From the human T2T-CHM13v2.0 reference genome, Homo sapiens: a stretch of DNA of 64,000 nt. How positions within the stretch are numbered: the first letter of the stretch is position 1; each line of letters begins with the position of its first letter. Under the pieces are notes generated by a model. It saw nothing but the letters and a program-made list of their open reading frames with translations. It was not told the origin of the DNA and made no database searches. Positions 44,035-59,628 of this stretch are shown here, piece after piece. The translations under genes and the position numbers were made by a program. The stretch lies in NCBI RefSeq assembly GCF_009914755.1, contig NC_060928.1. One strand, given 5' to 3'.

Positions 44035-44859
44035 TTACACGTGTTGCCAGGGGAACAGTGGCACCATTTGTTGAAATGAGATGGCCTTGAGGTAAAAGGC
44101 ACAGTAGAAGAGTTGAGTTAGTTTGGGGAGAAGATTTCGCTTCTGAACATGTCGACTTTGAGGTTCTTGTGAGAAAGCTAGATGAAGATATCCAGTGGCC
44201 AGTTATACGTGGCGATCCTGGAGCTCAAGAGAGAGAGGTCAGGGTCGGAAATGTGTACTTGAAGACTGGTAGATGCTAATTAGAACCTTGGGAGTGGGCA
44301 ATATCTCTTGGATAGAGTTAGGCAGAGACAGACTTGGCAAGCACCAAAATTTAAGGAATGGGTAGAGGTATAGAAGCAATTAGAAGAAAACTGTTAGCAA
44401 ACAAGGTAGAATAAAAGCCTCAATAGTAGAGCATTACAACAATGAAGACAGAGTTCTAGAAGGAGGTACACTGGTCAGTGGTGTCAAATGCTGCAGTGAG
44501 GGTGAGGTAAGTTTAAATGTTCATTGGATTTAGGATTTCAGAGACCCTGGCAAGAACTGGTGAGATCTTACTGTGGTTCAGGAGTTGAAGGTGAGGGAGT
44601 ATGCAACTCTTTTAAGAGCAGTTCTTTTAAGAACATGGAGAGTGGGAGTGGAGCCATAGGTGTTAAGGTAGAGCTTTGAAGATGGAATAGGCTCGATATG
44701 TTTAGATGCTTATTGGAAGGAACACACGAAGAGGGAAGAGATGAAACTTTTATTGTTAACTCCTGTTGCTGCCTTTTCTGTAACCTTGTGCTGCTTCTCA
44801 TGTGTTAATGAAAAGCCTGAATTAAAAGGGGGTAACTGAAAGTGGCACACATTCAGTAA

Positions 44860-46385
<1,526 letters not shown>

Positions 46386-47951
46386 TAGTGAGAACAATGT
46401 GTTTAAATATCACTTCTTTTTATCTTTTTTATTTGAATATCACTTCTTTAATACTTTGCGATAGAGTCATTCAAAGGACTGGGTCCAAGTTCGTTTTATT
46501 TTGATATAAGTAAGTGATTTTCTTAGCTGAAAAGCTATTGTTTAAATGCCATGCTTAAGTGTTTTGATTTACAGACATGTCTACTAGGTAGCATACTACA
46601 GGCAGCTATTTGTCTTCACAGGAAAAGTAATTGATTTGGGGACCTTTTTGCATAGAGAAAATGAGTAACTCATCAAGTTTCACAACACTTTTACTTCTAA
46701 GTGCTTTACCAGGAGATAAACAGCAGACCTCCATGTGGTATAAGAGATTTTCATGGTTACTCTCTGTCTCATGATGATGTATTGTTTTATAAAAGTAACT
46801 GTCTATTACATCGGCAGTACTTTGTGCCATTCTGCCTTTAATTTCTTCTGTTGCTAATGTAAGATGGAATGAATGAATGTCTTGTGTGATGGAATTTCAG
46901 TACACTTTCTACAGAAATTTGTTTTATTTCGGTTAAAGCAGCTACTTGCATAGCAGATAATGCTCTCACTGTTATTTCATAAAATGCTTTTATTAAAGAA
47001 GTCAAGAAGCTCCCTCCATGAAGACAGAGACCTTGTCTTTTTGTTCAGTGCTCTAGCTCTGAACCTACAAGAGTGCCTGTCGTGTAAGACATAATAAATT
47101 TTAACTGTGAAATGAATTTGTAGTTGAGAATGTTTTCCTGTAGATACTTTCTTACAAATTTTCATATTTCATTAAGAAGCCAGCAAAGACTATAAGCTAA
47201 GGTATATTAGAAAAATGGTTTGTACTACCAACTTTATGGCAAATTTCTCACACTAGATAATTTTTCTAATACTAGTTTCCCCACTCTGCCCTATGATCCT
47301 CAACAGCTTTTTGTGTGCTTATTTATACAGTAATTTGCACACAGAAAAATACATTTTGGTTTATGTCCATATGATTCCCCAAGTCATATTTCAGTCTTTC
47401 TGCCATGACAGGAAGGACAAGTCTTTCCTCATGGTATTTGGCTACTTATCTTACACTATTATATAAAATAAACCTTAAAAGAGACATCTGAACATACGTA
47501 GTTAAATTTAGTGAAGTTTTCCAAAGTACTGAATTGAAAATTATGACTTTAAACCTTGCTCGGGACAAAAAACCTACAACCTATAGACATATGATAGGTG
47601 AACAGTTCATTAAAGGACATTAAGAGGTGAGGATGGAGGGCATATAAGGGAGATAACATTCTAGCAAGAAGAAACAGCAAATGTAAAGACCTGTAGGCAG
47701 AGTATGCCTGGATTAGATGTGGCATGTGAAGTAAAGACAGAATTCAAAGATGATTCCCTGGTTTTTGGCCTGAGCAATGGTAATTACAGGGTTGCCATCA
47801 TTTAATATGGGAAACAAGTTTTAGGTATGAGGTTGTGAGATGAGGCTACATATAAATGAATGATTTGCTTTTATGGCTTCTGGATTTTGCATGGTGACAG
47901 GTTAAAACAAATCTCAGGTTAGCCAATTCTTGGTAGGAAACATGATTTTAA

Positions 47952-48051
47952 CCCATTTATGCCATAGGTTGCAAAATTTTTTTTGTGTGATAGCCTTGAG
48001 CAGTTGGATATAAATAACTCACAAGCTTAGCATTCCAATAATGGAACACTA
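47952..48051 (-). mobile_element. MER85 (piggyBac/PGBD3-derived MITE), one TIR lost
   Basis: TTAA (47948-47951) then TIR CCCATTTATGCC; body ccttgagcagttggatataaataactc...gcttagcattccaataatggaacacta matches the reverse complement of the recalled MER85 consensus. Confidence 0.85.
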
Positions 48052-48389
48052 TATTATATACGTTATATATTATATATTATATACATTAAGTTTGGGTTAC
48101 CTGAAAAAATTACTTGAGACTATTTTGCTCTACCTTAATATGCTTAATTACTATGCTAACTCCCAGGCCCATCCTGTGGATTTCAAAAGTATATGTGGAA
48201 ACATTGTGTACATTAGTGCGTGATCTCTGACACTTGAGGAACATAGATACCTAGAATATTGAGATAGTAAAAGGGAATTAGGGAGTCCTGAAGGCAAATA
48301 TTCATACTAACAGGAAGAAGACACAGAAGTTTTTGATCACATACTTAGGTCTCCAGGCATCACTTGAGAGAATTTTTCTGAGAATGCTT

Positions 48390-48676
48390 TGTTTATTTTT
48401 TGGTGGGGGGTGGGTGACTGGGTCTTGCCCTGTCGCCCAGGCTCAGCTCACGGCAACCTCTGCCTTGCAGGCTCAGGCAATCCTCCCACCTCAGCTTCCC
48501 AAGTAGATGGGACTACAGGTGTGTGCCACCACACCTGGCTAATTTTTGTATTTTTTGTAGAGAGAGGGTCTCACCATGTTGCCCAGGCTGGTCTTGAACT
48601 CAGGAACTCAAGTCTTCCGCCTGCCTTGGCCTCCCAGAGTGTTGGGATTACAGGCCTGAGCCACTGTCCCTGGCCT
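48390..48676 (-). mobile_element. Alu
   Basis: Antisense Alu; tgagaatg at both flanks. Confidence 0.85.
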
Positions 48677-49136
48677 TGAGAATGGTTTTTATGTTATGAA
48701 CAATACAGGACAATGGTATCTGTCAAAATAGCTGCTATATATTACTTGTTTTCTCTACAACTATGTATATCTTCCTGTATGAGCTTTCTGTTTTGATAGT
48801 ACGTTTATGTACTTGGAAATATGTGCATGCCAAATAGGCCCCACTGCTAGTTTCATACAGGTTATGCAGTAGGGTCACTTTCCATGGCTATTAACTTCTA
48901 GATGTTCTATTAAGAAACAGTGTGTGCTAAGAGCTGCTTTGGGTCGGGGGGAGGTGTGTGGTTATGGTGGGGAGTTCCCTTTCATACCTACTTTGGGATC
49001 ACAGTGAACTGACATTGATCTTTGTGTATTTAAATTGTTTTCAATTCAGAGTAGCATTAATGTATACTCCTGCAGCCTTGTCCTAATGGTAGCAGTTTTA
49101 GCATTATTTTCTCTATATAGTGGGAGTTTACCTTAC

Positions 49137-49487
49137 TGTCTTTGTCTTTTTGGGCTACTGTAACAGAATACCGTAAACTAGGTAGCTTATGAACAATAGA
49201 ATTTATTTCTCACAGTCCAAGACTAAGGTGCCAGAAGATTCAGTGTCTGGTGAAGGTCCCTGCTGTGGTTCATAGATGGTGTCTTCTAGCTGTATCTACA
49301 CATGGTGGAATAGGGGGTGAAGGATCTCTCTCAAGCCTCTTTTATAAGGACACTAATCCCATTCATGAGAGCTGTGCCTTTATGACCTAATCACCTCCCA
49401 AAGGGCTTCCCTCCTGATATTGTGACGTTAGGGGTCAGGATTTCAATATATCTCTTGTAGGGGGACACAAACATTCAAACCATAGCA
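49137..49487 (-). mobile_element. MLT1A-type MaLR solo LTR
   Basis: Minus strand starts TGCTATGGTTTGAATGTTTGTGTCCCCC; contains cactaatcccattcatgag; imperfect 5-bp TSD cttac/ctcac. Confidence 0.8.
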
Positions 49488-50567
49488 CTCACATCATTAA
49501 AAATTCAATCAAGGCTGGGCGTGGTGGCTCACACCTGTACTCCCAGCACTTTGGGAGGCCGAGGTGGGTGCATCACCTGAGGTCAGGAGCTTGAGACCTA
49601 GGAAGGAGAATCACTTGAACCTGGGAGGCGGAGGTTGCAGTGAGCCCAGATCGCACCATTGCACTTCGGCCTGGGCCACAGAGTGAAACTCTGTCTCAAA
49701 CAACAACAACAAAAACCTCAAACAAAATCAAACAAAATCTATCCGTGGCGTTCTGGTAGGACCATGGGTACTGAAGGTTCATAGGGCTTGTTTTGTCTAA
49801 TGCCTGCAGAAGTCTCTTATACTGCCATGTAAGTTCTGGGAGGACATTGCTTCTTAGAGACCATTTTCATTAAAATTAAAATCTAATCCAGCATGTAGCC
49901 TTCATCATTAATCCATTGTTTTAGTAAGCTTTGTTTTTGTTTTCCAGCTTCTTATGTACCGGTAGCTTTGTTAAATAGTGGAAAGTGTAACAATTCCTAA
50001 AAAATCCAGTGGAAAGGAAAGTATAGCAAAACCCGGTGGAAAGTGTAGCAATTTCTGAAGCTACTACATCAGCTACTACTTGCAACAAAGAAAGGCACTT
50101 GTATATTTTCAGCCTTTTTTCTTAAAATATTCACCTGTTGCTAAGGTTTTTTTCTTTAATCATGAAAGGTTTATTTCCAGTTGCTTCAAAACATTAATAT
50201 GCTAGGAAAAATTGTCTATGAAGTAACATGATTTTCATTTATGTCAACCTCATTCCCCTATGCTGCCTATGCAGCAGATCACAGCAAGGAAACATACATT
50301 GTATCAGAACAAACTTTTTGTTTTGATTTGATTTGTTAAATGCATGCAGAGGCAGGTATTTGTTTTTGGGATCAGAGAGACCAGGCTTTGAATTCTGGTT
50401 CTGCCACTTAAATGTCTCTTCCTGCAAGTTACTTCACAACTTTAACCTCAGTTTGTGTGTCTATAAAATGTAATTATTATGCCTATCTCATAGGTTTGGT
50501 AGTAAATAAGTGAGATAATACATTTAAAATATTAGACAACCTTTTTATACTTCAAATATACTAATAA

Positions 50568-51805
<1,238 letters not shown>

Positions 51806-54544
51806 TAGATTATTGTGATGTAAAGGGGATACAGGCTTTTTTCCTTTGGGTACAAATAGAGATGGACTGTTTTCTATTTAAATACCATTAAAAATTGTTA
51901 TACTTTTCTACTTTGCCTGTGACATGTAGTGGTTTTTCAGGCTTATATTCTCTCTTCCAGCTCAAAGCTCTCATTTAATGAAATAATTTGAAATAAAACT
52001 TGATTTAAAACTTGTTTTTCTTATTTGATTTAATATTGTCTCCTGCCGTATTTTTTTGGTCTTGTTTTCTCTTGTATAGGGTAGAGGGCAGTGGTGAGAT
52101 CATGGCTCACAGCAGCCTCAACCTCCTAGACTCAAGCAGTCTTCCTACCTAAGCCACTGCCCACCTCCCCCTAATCCCCCAGGAGCTGGGACTATAGGTG
52201 TGTACCATATGGCCCGACTATATATATATTTTATTTTTTGTTGCCTAGGCTGTGTACTAACATTTTTATTCTGAAGTTAAATACATCCCATCTGTGAACT
52301 TGTCAAACATCATGCACTGAACTATTTTAAATTCTACTCAGGAGACATTTCTTAAAAACCTATTATAAGGCTAAGTGTGGTAGCTCACACCTGTAATCTC
52401 ACAAGGCCAAGGTAGGATTGCATGTGTCCAGGAATTTGAGACCATCCTGGGCAACATAGCAAGACTTCATCTCTACCAAAAAAAAAAAAAAAAAATGGGT
52501 GTGGGGGTGCATGTCTGTAGTCCCAGCCACACAGGAGGATCCCTTGAGCCCCAGGAGTTCAGGGCTGCAGTGGGCTATGATCTGTGCTACTGCACTCCAG
52601 CCTGGGCAACAGAGCAAGACCCCATCTCTTAAAACATCAAAACCCTAACCCCTCTCCTGCCAACAAAAAAGCCTCATTAACAGATAAGAACTTTGAACAC
52701 CTTGAGTTATATAAAACGTAAGTGAAGACAGTCTGGCCCTTGATAGTTTGTGCCCCACTGGGGACTGCAGGTACACTCACACAAACTGTAAGGAAGAACA
52801 CCATAGCTCATGTAACAGGCATTTCCCAAGGAGCATTGAGGTACACAAGAAGAGGGGATGGTTAATTCAGACTGGGGATTCCAGTGAAAGCTTCAGGAAG
52901 GGATTTCTTCTTCCACCTCTCAGTTTTAAACTTTTTAACTATGTTAGAGGAAGATGAATTCTGGAAATTTGGGGGCAAGAGATTTTGTTAAGGAATACCT
53001 GAGTACTGACTGTCCTCTGACCCTCCTGCCAATTCAGGATGTGGTTCTTGTTAGAGATGAATTTGTTCAAAAACCACGAGTGCCCATGTTGGTAAACATT
53101 CCTTTAACTGGAAGAAAACAGAACATCAATAGAAAGGTAAGCCTGAGTAGAGTCCCAGTAAGAATGTGGCTATTTTCTCACCTCTGCTAGAGCTGGACCT
53201 GCAGAGTGTGTCACTGGCAGCTGTGAGTACTTTTAGCTAGGGAGCTTGTGGCCTAGGTAAGTCTGCCAAGACAGGCTGCACATGCACTTGGGCTCTGTGT
53301 AGCTACTGCCATTCAGCTTAAGTTTTGTATCAGTAGCTAAGTAGAGTCAGAGCTAGATCAGGCCAAATAGACTGGGAGTGAGAAAGTAGGAGAGTGAATC
53401 TGTTTAGCTTCTTCCTGTCTGTTTGTAACCCATTTGAAATGTTGCACAAATTTCGTTTCCTTCCCCAGAGATAACCACTGTTACAAATTTGAATATATTC
53501 TCCCAGACAAATTCTTTGTGTACTTAAAAATACATAAAAGTGTATAAATACAGTTTGGGTTTTCTTTATCTTTACTTTTAAAATTTATAATTCTTCTTTA
53601 GTTCTTTTCTTATCAGTGTATATTTAGGGTTGCCCCCCTCATAATTTTGTGTAGTATTCCATATCCATAATATAGTTGTAACAATATATTTAGCCAGTTC
53701 CCATTTGGTGCCCAACTAGATGTTTTTCTCTTTTAGAAACAACACTGCAGTGAATATCTTCGTGTCCTGTATGTTTGAGTATTTTTGTAGGACCAGACAC
53801 TTAGAAGTGAAATTGCTAGTTGCAAAGATATGTGCAGTTATACTTTTGATAGATACTGCCAAGTTGTTCTTATGTTTCTTTTATCATATAGCAGTGTCTG
53901 AGAATCGAATAGATATCATTCGAAGTTGGAAGGAAGAGGATTCCACATAGAGAAGTGTGCATACAAGCATGGAGGTAGCAGAGCCTGGTGGGGATGGTGA
54001 GGAAAAAGGGAGTAAAGAATCTGGTGTAGAGTATGGGAAGCAGAAGGGTCTTGTGAAGGTGAGCCCAAAAGGGTAGGTTAGATCAGACAAAAAAGTATTT
54101 TTTAATGTTTTGCTTAGAACTTTAAACTTGAAGAAACAGTGGAGCCCTTTGTAAAGGTTTTAAAACTAGAGCTTTATTTCAAGAAAATAGCTAGTGATAA
54201 TTGTGAAGGCTAGGCTTTTGAGGATAGGTGATTGACTATAGGACTGTTACAGTGATCCTGTGCTGTAAGGAAGAACTTAATGAAGGCCGAGGCATTAGAA
54301 ATAAAAGAAAGGCATCAAACTCAAGTAGTGTTACAGAGTTAAAATCAGTTTGTAAGACTTGGCTTAGGATGGGAAGGAAAATGGTTGAATGTTGTGGCTG
54401 TCTGGGAGGATGAGTAGTGCCACTTAACGAAGATAGAAATAGGTTCGATTTATAAAACAAAGGAAATATTTAGAAAATTTGTCAAAATATAAGGAAAAAA
54501 GTAAGTTACTATCCACTATTTGTGTATCTCATCAGGTGTGTTCA

Positions 54545-54960
54545 GTTTATTTATTGTAGCAAAATATACATAAATAAAATTTACCATTTAAACAATTTTA
54601 AATTGTACAGTTTAGTGGTAGTAAGTACATTCACGGTGCTATGCAACTATCACTACCATCCATCTCCACAGCTGTTTTCATCTGCCTGAACTGAAACTCC
54701 TAACCCATTAAATAATAACTCCCCATTGCCCCCAGGTCCCTGGTAACCACCATTCTTTTTGTCTCTATGAATTTGACTACTCTAGGCACTTCATGTAAGT
54801 GGAATCATGTAGTGTTTGTCTTTTTGCGACTGGCTTACTTCACTTACCATAATGTCTTCAAGGTTCATCCATGTAGCGTTGTCAGAATTTTGTTTCTTTT
54901 TAAAGCAGAATAGTATTCCATTCTATGCATATACCACATTTAAAATCCACTCATAAGTAA
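54545..54960 (-). mobile_element. L1MB-type 3' UTR fragment
   Basis: taagtacattcacggtgctatgcaac...gtctctatgaatttgactactctagg...agtggaatcat. Confidence 0.8.
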
Positions 54961-55009
54961 CTTGGGTTACTTATGCTCGGGTGTTTTTTGTATGTTTTTG
55001 AGGGGGTAT

Positions 55010-55011
<2 letters not shown>

Positions 55012-55051
<40 letters not shown>
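55012..55051. repeat. (TG)n microsatellite
   Basis: Visible repeat. Confidence 0.95.
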
Positions 55052-55053
<2 letters not shown>

Positions 55054-55491
55054 TTAATGATCAGAGAGTGAATTGCCTAGTTAATAAAGAATGAATATAA
55101 TAAAATTGAGTTTGATAAAACTCTACAAACCACTGCACTCTTATATAGATCCATTGTTACAAAATAGTGTTGGTTGTTAAAAGGATGATTACAGAAGACC
55201 ATACGTTGTACTGTGCAAATATATCATGACCATTGGAAAAATAGCATAAAATATGTATCCTACTAGTAGTAAGTACCATAATGGTCAAAGGTTTAGTATA
55301 AAGTTAATAGAAGACCTGAGATTCTTAATATATGGTAATTGGATTACCATAAGGAAGTGTAATAGGCACAAAATTACGTGCACTTTGAAGTGTCCAAAAC
55401 AGTGAAGGTGTAATATATGTTCTAGTCTTTGAGTTCCCACACAGGTGACTTTACTAACATTTCTTTTTGTATTTTAAAAATAGTCCACTCA

Positions 55492-55797
55492 GTCCAGGTG
55501 CAGTGCCTCATGCCTATAAGCCCAGCAGTTTGGGAGGCCAAGGTAGGAGGATCACTTGAGGCCAGGGGTTTGAGACCAGCCTGGCAGCATAGCAAGACCC
55601 CATCTCTGCAAAAAAAAAAAAAAAAAAAAAAAGTTAGTGGGGTACGTGGTGCATGCCTATAGTTCCAGCTACTCAGGAGGCTGAGGCATGAGGATTACTT
55701 GAGCCCAGGAGGTTGAGGCTGCAGTGAGCCATAATTGTGCCACTGCACTACAGCCTGGGTAACAAAGCAAGATCTTGTCTCTTAAAAGAAAAAAAAA
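55492..55797 (+). mobile_element. AluJ-like
   Basis: Sense dimer; agtcca(c/t)tca at both flanks. Confidence 0.85.
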
Positions 55798-56414
55798 GTC
55801 CATTCATTTATTCAGGTTTGAGGCAATGGGTTCACTGCTGCCCATTATCCCAGTTCACTGTGTCATCATTATGTTCCAGATATTGTTCTAAGTGCCTTAC
55901 ATGTATTAAGTCTTTTCCCCCTTCCACTGTTTTTATCCCAGTTTTTCAAAAGGAGAAAGTAAGTCACCTAGAAGTTAAGTAACTTGCCTGAAGTCTCATA
56001 GCTAGTGAGTAGAGGATCTAGGAATCAGATCCAGACAATCTTCTCTTAAGCTTTGCTGCCACTCTTAACACCTTTGTCAAGGTGCTGTCATAAGTGCTGG
56101 AGGTACAGGAATGTACACATCTGAAAATTTTTCTTGATCTCACGGAACGTACATATTTATATTTATTAAATGTATTTTAAAATTTCTGTCCTGATTAAAA
56201 TGTATAAATAGACATACAAAAATATGTAGGAAAATACTGTATGTAGTTAGGTAATCATATGTCATTAACATATTACCATGTTATTTCAGTAATATTTAAC
56301 GAACGTTTCCATTGTATGGGTGTGTCATAATTTAACCATTCCCCTGTGTTGGAAAGAAATACCCAAACCTTTCCTAATAATCAGTATTGCAATGACCATT
56401 ATAACACCTTCATT

Positions 56415-56794
56415 TTTTTTTTTTTTTTTTTTTTAACATTTTGTTGTATTTACTTTATGGAGCGGCTGTGTGTCCAGTATGTCCGACCCTCTTCCTCGGT
56501 TCTGGGCTCGGGTGGGGGTTCCCTTGGCAAACTGCAGGCCCCTGGCTGGGACGCCCCTGCTGCCAGCGCCGGCAGCCTCGAGGCCTTCCCTGCTTGCGCG
56601 GTGCGCTCCTCGGGGTCGGCACAGGCATAGCCCCGGGGGACGTGAGGTTCCCGAGTGCTCTCCCACCCCGCCGACAGGAGGGATGGTGGCCGAGCGGGCC
56701 GGGGCGGGCGTGGCGTGGGTGTGCCAGGAGCTCCGCGGTTGCCGCGAAGCGAGCTGGAGCTGACCCTCGGCGTCCCGTGAGCACCCCGCGGATC
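56415..56794 (-). pseudogene. 5'-truncated processed retrocopy of an unidentified GC-rich transcript 3' end, forming an intronic CpG-rich island
   Basis: 12-bp TSD AACACCTTCATT (56403-56414, 56795-56806); T22 run at 56413-56434; variant poly(A) signals on the minus strand; ~34 CpG in 360 bp. Confidence 0.85.
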
Positions 56795-57596
56795 AACACC
56801 TTCATTGTTGTCGTTTCAGATTATTATATGAGGCTGTTTAGAAAAACATTAGTTATTGGCATCTGTTTCTAACTACTTTCCTGAAGTTTATGCTTTAGCA
56901 GTAGTTTGCTAGCAGTTATTTGATCTCATAATTTCATAAATATTGTGTGTTGTAAATTCAGTAGTCAAAACCAAAACAAAATAATCAGAATTTAGTCATC
57001 AAAAAAGTGGGCCTTATTTATGTTAATTTAATTTTTCTGCTTTCAGAGCCTTTGCTCTCCTTGATACTGGCATCACAGTGTATTTTTAGTGTATTAATAT
57101 ATACAAAGTTTTGAATTATAAATGTGAATTTTGATGTAAATACAATTCTCAAAATATTAATATAATCCACCAAATAAGTTAATTTTAAAATGGAAAATTG
57201 GATATACCAAAAATCATTTTAGATTCTTAATATCATTTAGCGGTGAATGTGTGTTTTTCCCTATCCTGCCTGGAAAAGCCATTCCTAAATATTTTCTTCC
57301 ATTCATTCAACAAATATTTGTGTACCTACTGTGTTTAATGGCATATCAGATATACCTGCCATCATGAACTTTCTATATTTAGCTTATCAATCATATATTC
57401 GAAGTACAGTCGTAACATTTTCACATATTTAGTAGTTTCTAGTGCCTATTGTGTTGCGGGCTTTGGTGGTAAAGTGATGATAGGTTTACAGAGATGAAAG
57501 ACAAAAGTTATACCCTTGGGACCTCACAGCATAAAGGAAGGAGACTGTAGTAACTAGCATGGAAGCGGAATGTTTTCTAGACAGTTTCATAGGTGC

Positions 57597-57936
<340 letters not shown>

Positions 57937-58046
57937 TGAAGATAAAAATAGAGTGCAACTAGATAAAATAAAGATTTGTAGTTCTGTGAAGGATACATTT
58001 GTCTGGAGGAGCAGAGTGTAGGAAACAATGTGATATCCTTTCAGGA

Positions 58047-58081
<35 letters not shown>

Positions 58082-58492
58082 ACATTCAGAGCCATTAGGT
58101 TGTTTTAAGGAGGAATGGGAAGGGGCCAGAGGGATGGACTAATGGGCTAAAATCATCAGTTTGAAAAGACGGTTGTGGCTACAGGCAGAGATTTCACTGG
58201 ATCAGGTCTCTTGTTTCTGTTCTTCATTAGTTTCTTCCCACCTACTCTGGTAGAGTTCTTTCACTATATATAATTCTGTCGCCATTATCAGCTTTCTGAA
58301 GAGTGACCTACATTTTATAGTCTGCATTCCCCACAATCTACAGTAAATCTAAATCTTAAAAATACATAATTTTTTCTGACAGTGGATTGAAAGATTTTCA
58401 TCAGTTACATCTACTCTTTCAACCAGGAAATAGTTTCATTTTCTCCTTAGCACTTACTTTTTAGCCCTAGCTGGGAAACTTTCATCTTTATT

Positions 58493-58541
58493 CTTTACAC
58501 AAGCTGTTCCACATGCCTAGAGTGGAACAGCTTGTGTAAAG
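58493..58541. repeat. Perfect inverted repeat: 20-bp arms, 9-nt spacer
   Basis: CTTTACACAAGCTGTTCCAC-atgcctaga-GTGGAACAGCTTGTGTAAAG. Confidence 0.97.
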
Positions 58542-59445
58542 CTGTTTTCATCTACGTCTTTCCTAGGAAGCTCTTTTTATGGCTTGCGTGTATTAAAAAT
58601 TTGCCTTATCAGTCATCTTAAAGTAATTTAAATTGCTTTATGACAGTAAATGAATATATTTATTGATCAGTTATCAGTTTTACTTTGTGTAGCTTGAGTG
58701 TTCTTTCTTGTAGCTACATGATGCCACACTTGTGGTAAAAGCAGTGTGAATTCTTAGTAGATTTAAAATGTGATACATACACTTCTTACTATACCATTTC
58801 TAAAAATGAAATATTTTTTATGTTTTTATGTAAGAAAGCTGGGGTGGGGTTAGGAGGAAAGGAACAGATACCTGCCAAGTCAATCAGAGAATGGCGGTAA
58901 AACTTGATGGTTAGCCGTCTGTCTGTTCATTTTTATGAATGCCACTATAGAAGTAATCTTTAGAAACTGGAGCTGTTTTCAGTTTAATGACGTCCATGGA
59001 ATTAACCGGATTCATTACTAACGGCATCAGGAAGAGCATTGTTTGAAGGATCCTCTGCCTAGTCTATTAATCAGTTTCCTTTTAGACAGGTGTACAGGTG
59101 ATTTCTGGCCCTCATTCACAGAATAGAATAGTGGTCGTTGAGAAGCAGACCTAGCACCTAGCAAGTCTTCAGACCAGTCTTTTAAGTAATTTTTATTCCC
59201 TGAGAAGAAAATTGAAGAAACAATTGGGGCAAAGAGATTTGTGGGGTTTTACTAGAAAGATCTCGATAAAGCAAGGACTGTCACTCTATTCCTCATTCAT
59301 ATGAGGGTTCACATTAAAAATGACAGTGTTACACAGGGTAGCAGCAGCTTTTTTGTTTTTCTTAGTCATGGCAGCAGTTAACACAGTGCACTAGCAGTTT
59401 AACATACCAACACTTAAGGCCTTATTTTTTGTTTTTGTTTTTAAG

Positions 59446-59628
59446 TCATTGAAATTATGAGACTATCATTCAAATGGAAGCATTATAGTTCTTCGGAACC
59501 ATTATGATCTCAAAACGAAAGGAGAATGATACAGATACACTGGCTGAGGTGTTTTGAGGTGCATCGAAGTGTTCCAAGCTGTGACTTACCTTAACATGTT
59601 CTTGAAGTACCATGGCGTGGATTAAAAG
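59446..59628 (+). other. RBPJ: RBPJ alternative exon (5'UTR plus MAWIKR start), 183 nt if this acceptor is used
   Basis: Polypyrimidine acceptor ttttttgtttttgtttttaag| and donor AAG|gtatgc. Confidence 0.75.
59612..59628 (+). CDS. RBPJ: RBPJ alternative N-terminal coding segment MAWIK(R)
   Basis: accATGG strong Kozak; ATG GCG TGG ATT AAA AG|gt; phase 2; matches the recalled MAWIKRKFGER isoform. Confidence 0.9.

Noticed and set aside
56346-56872. Five overlapping ORFs over the GC-rich insert
   Set aside because: Most cross the TSD or poly-T junction, the region is GC-rich, and none resembles a protein I recognise; better explained as a retrocopied 3' end
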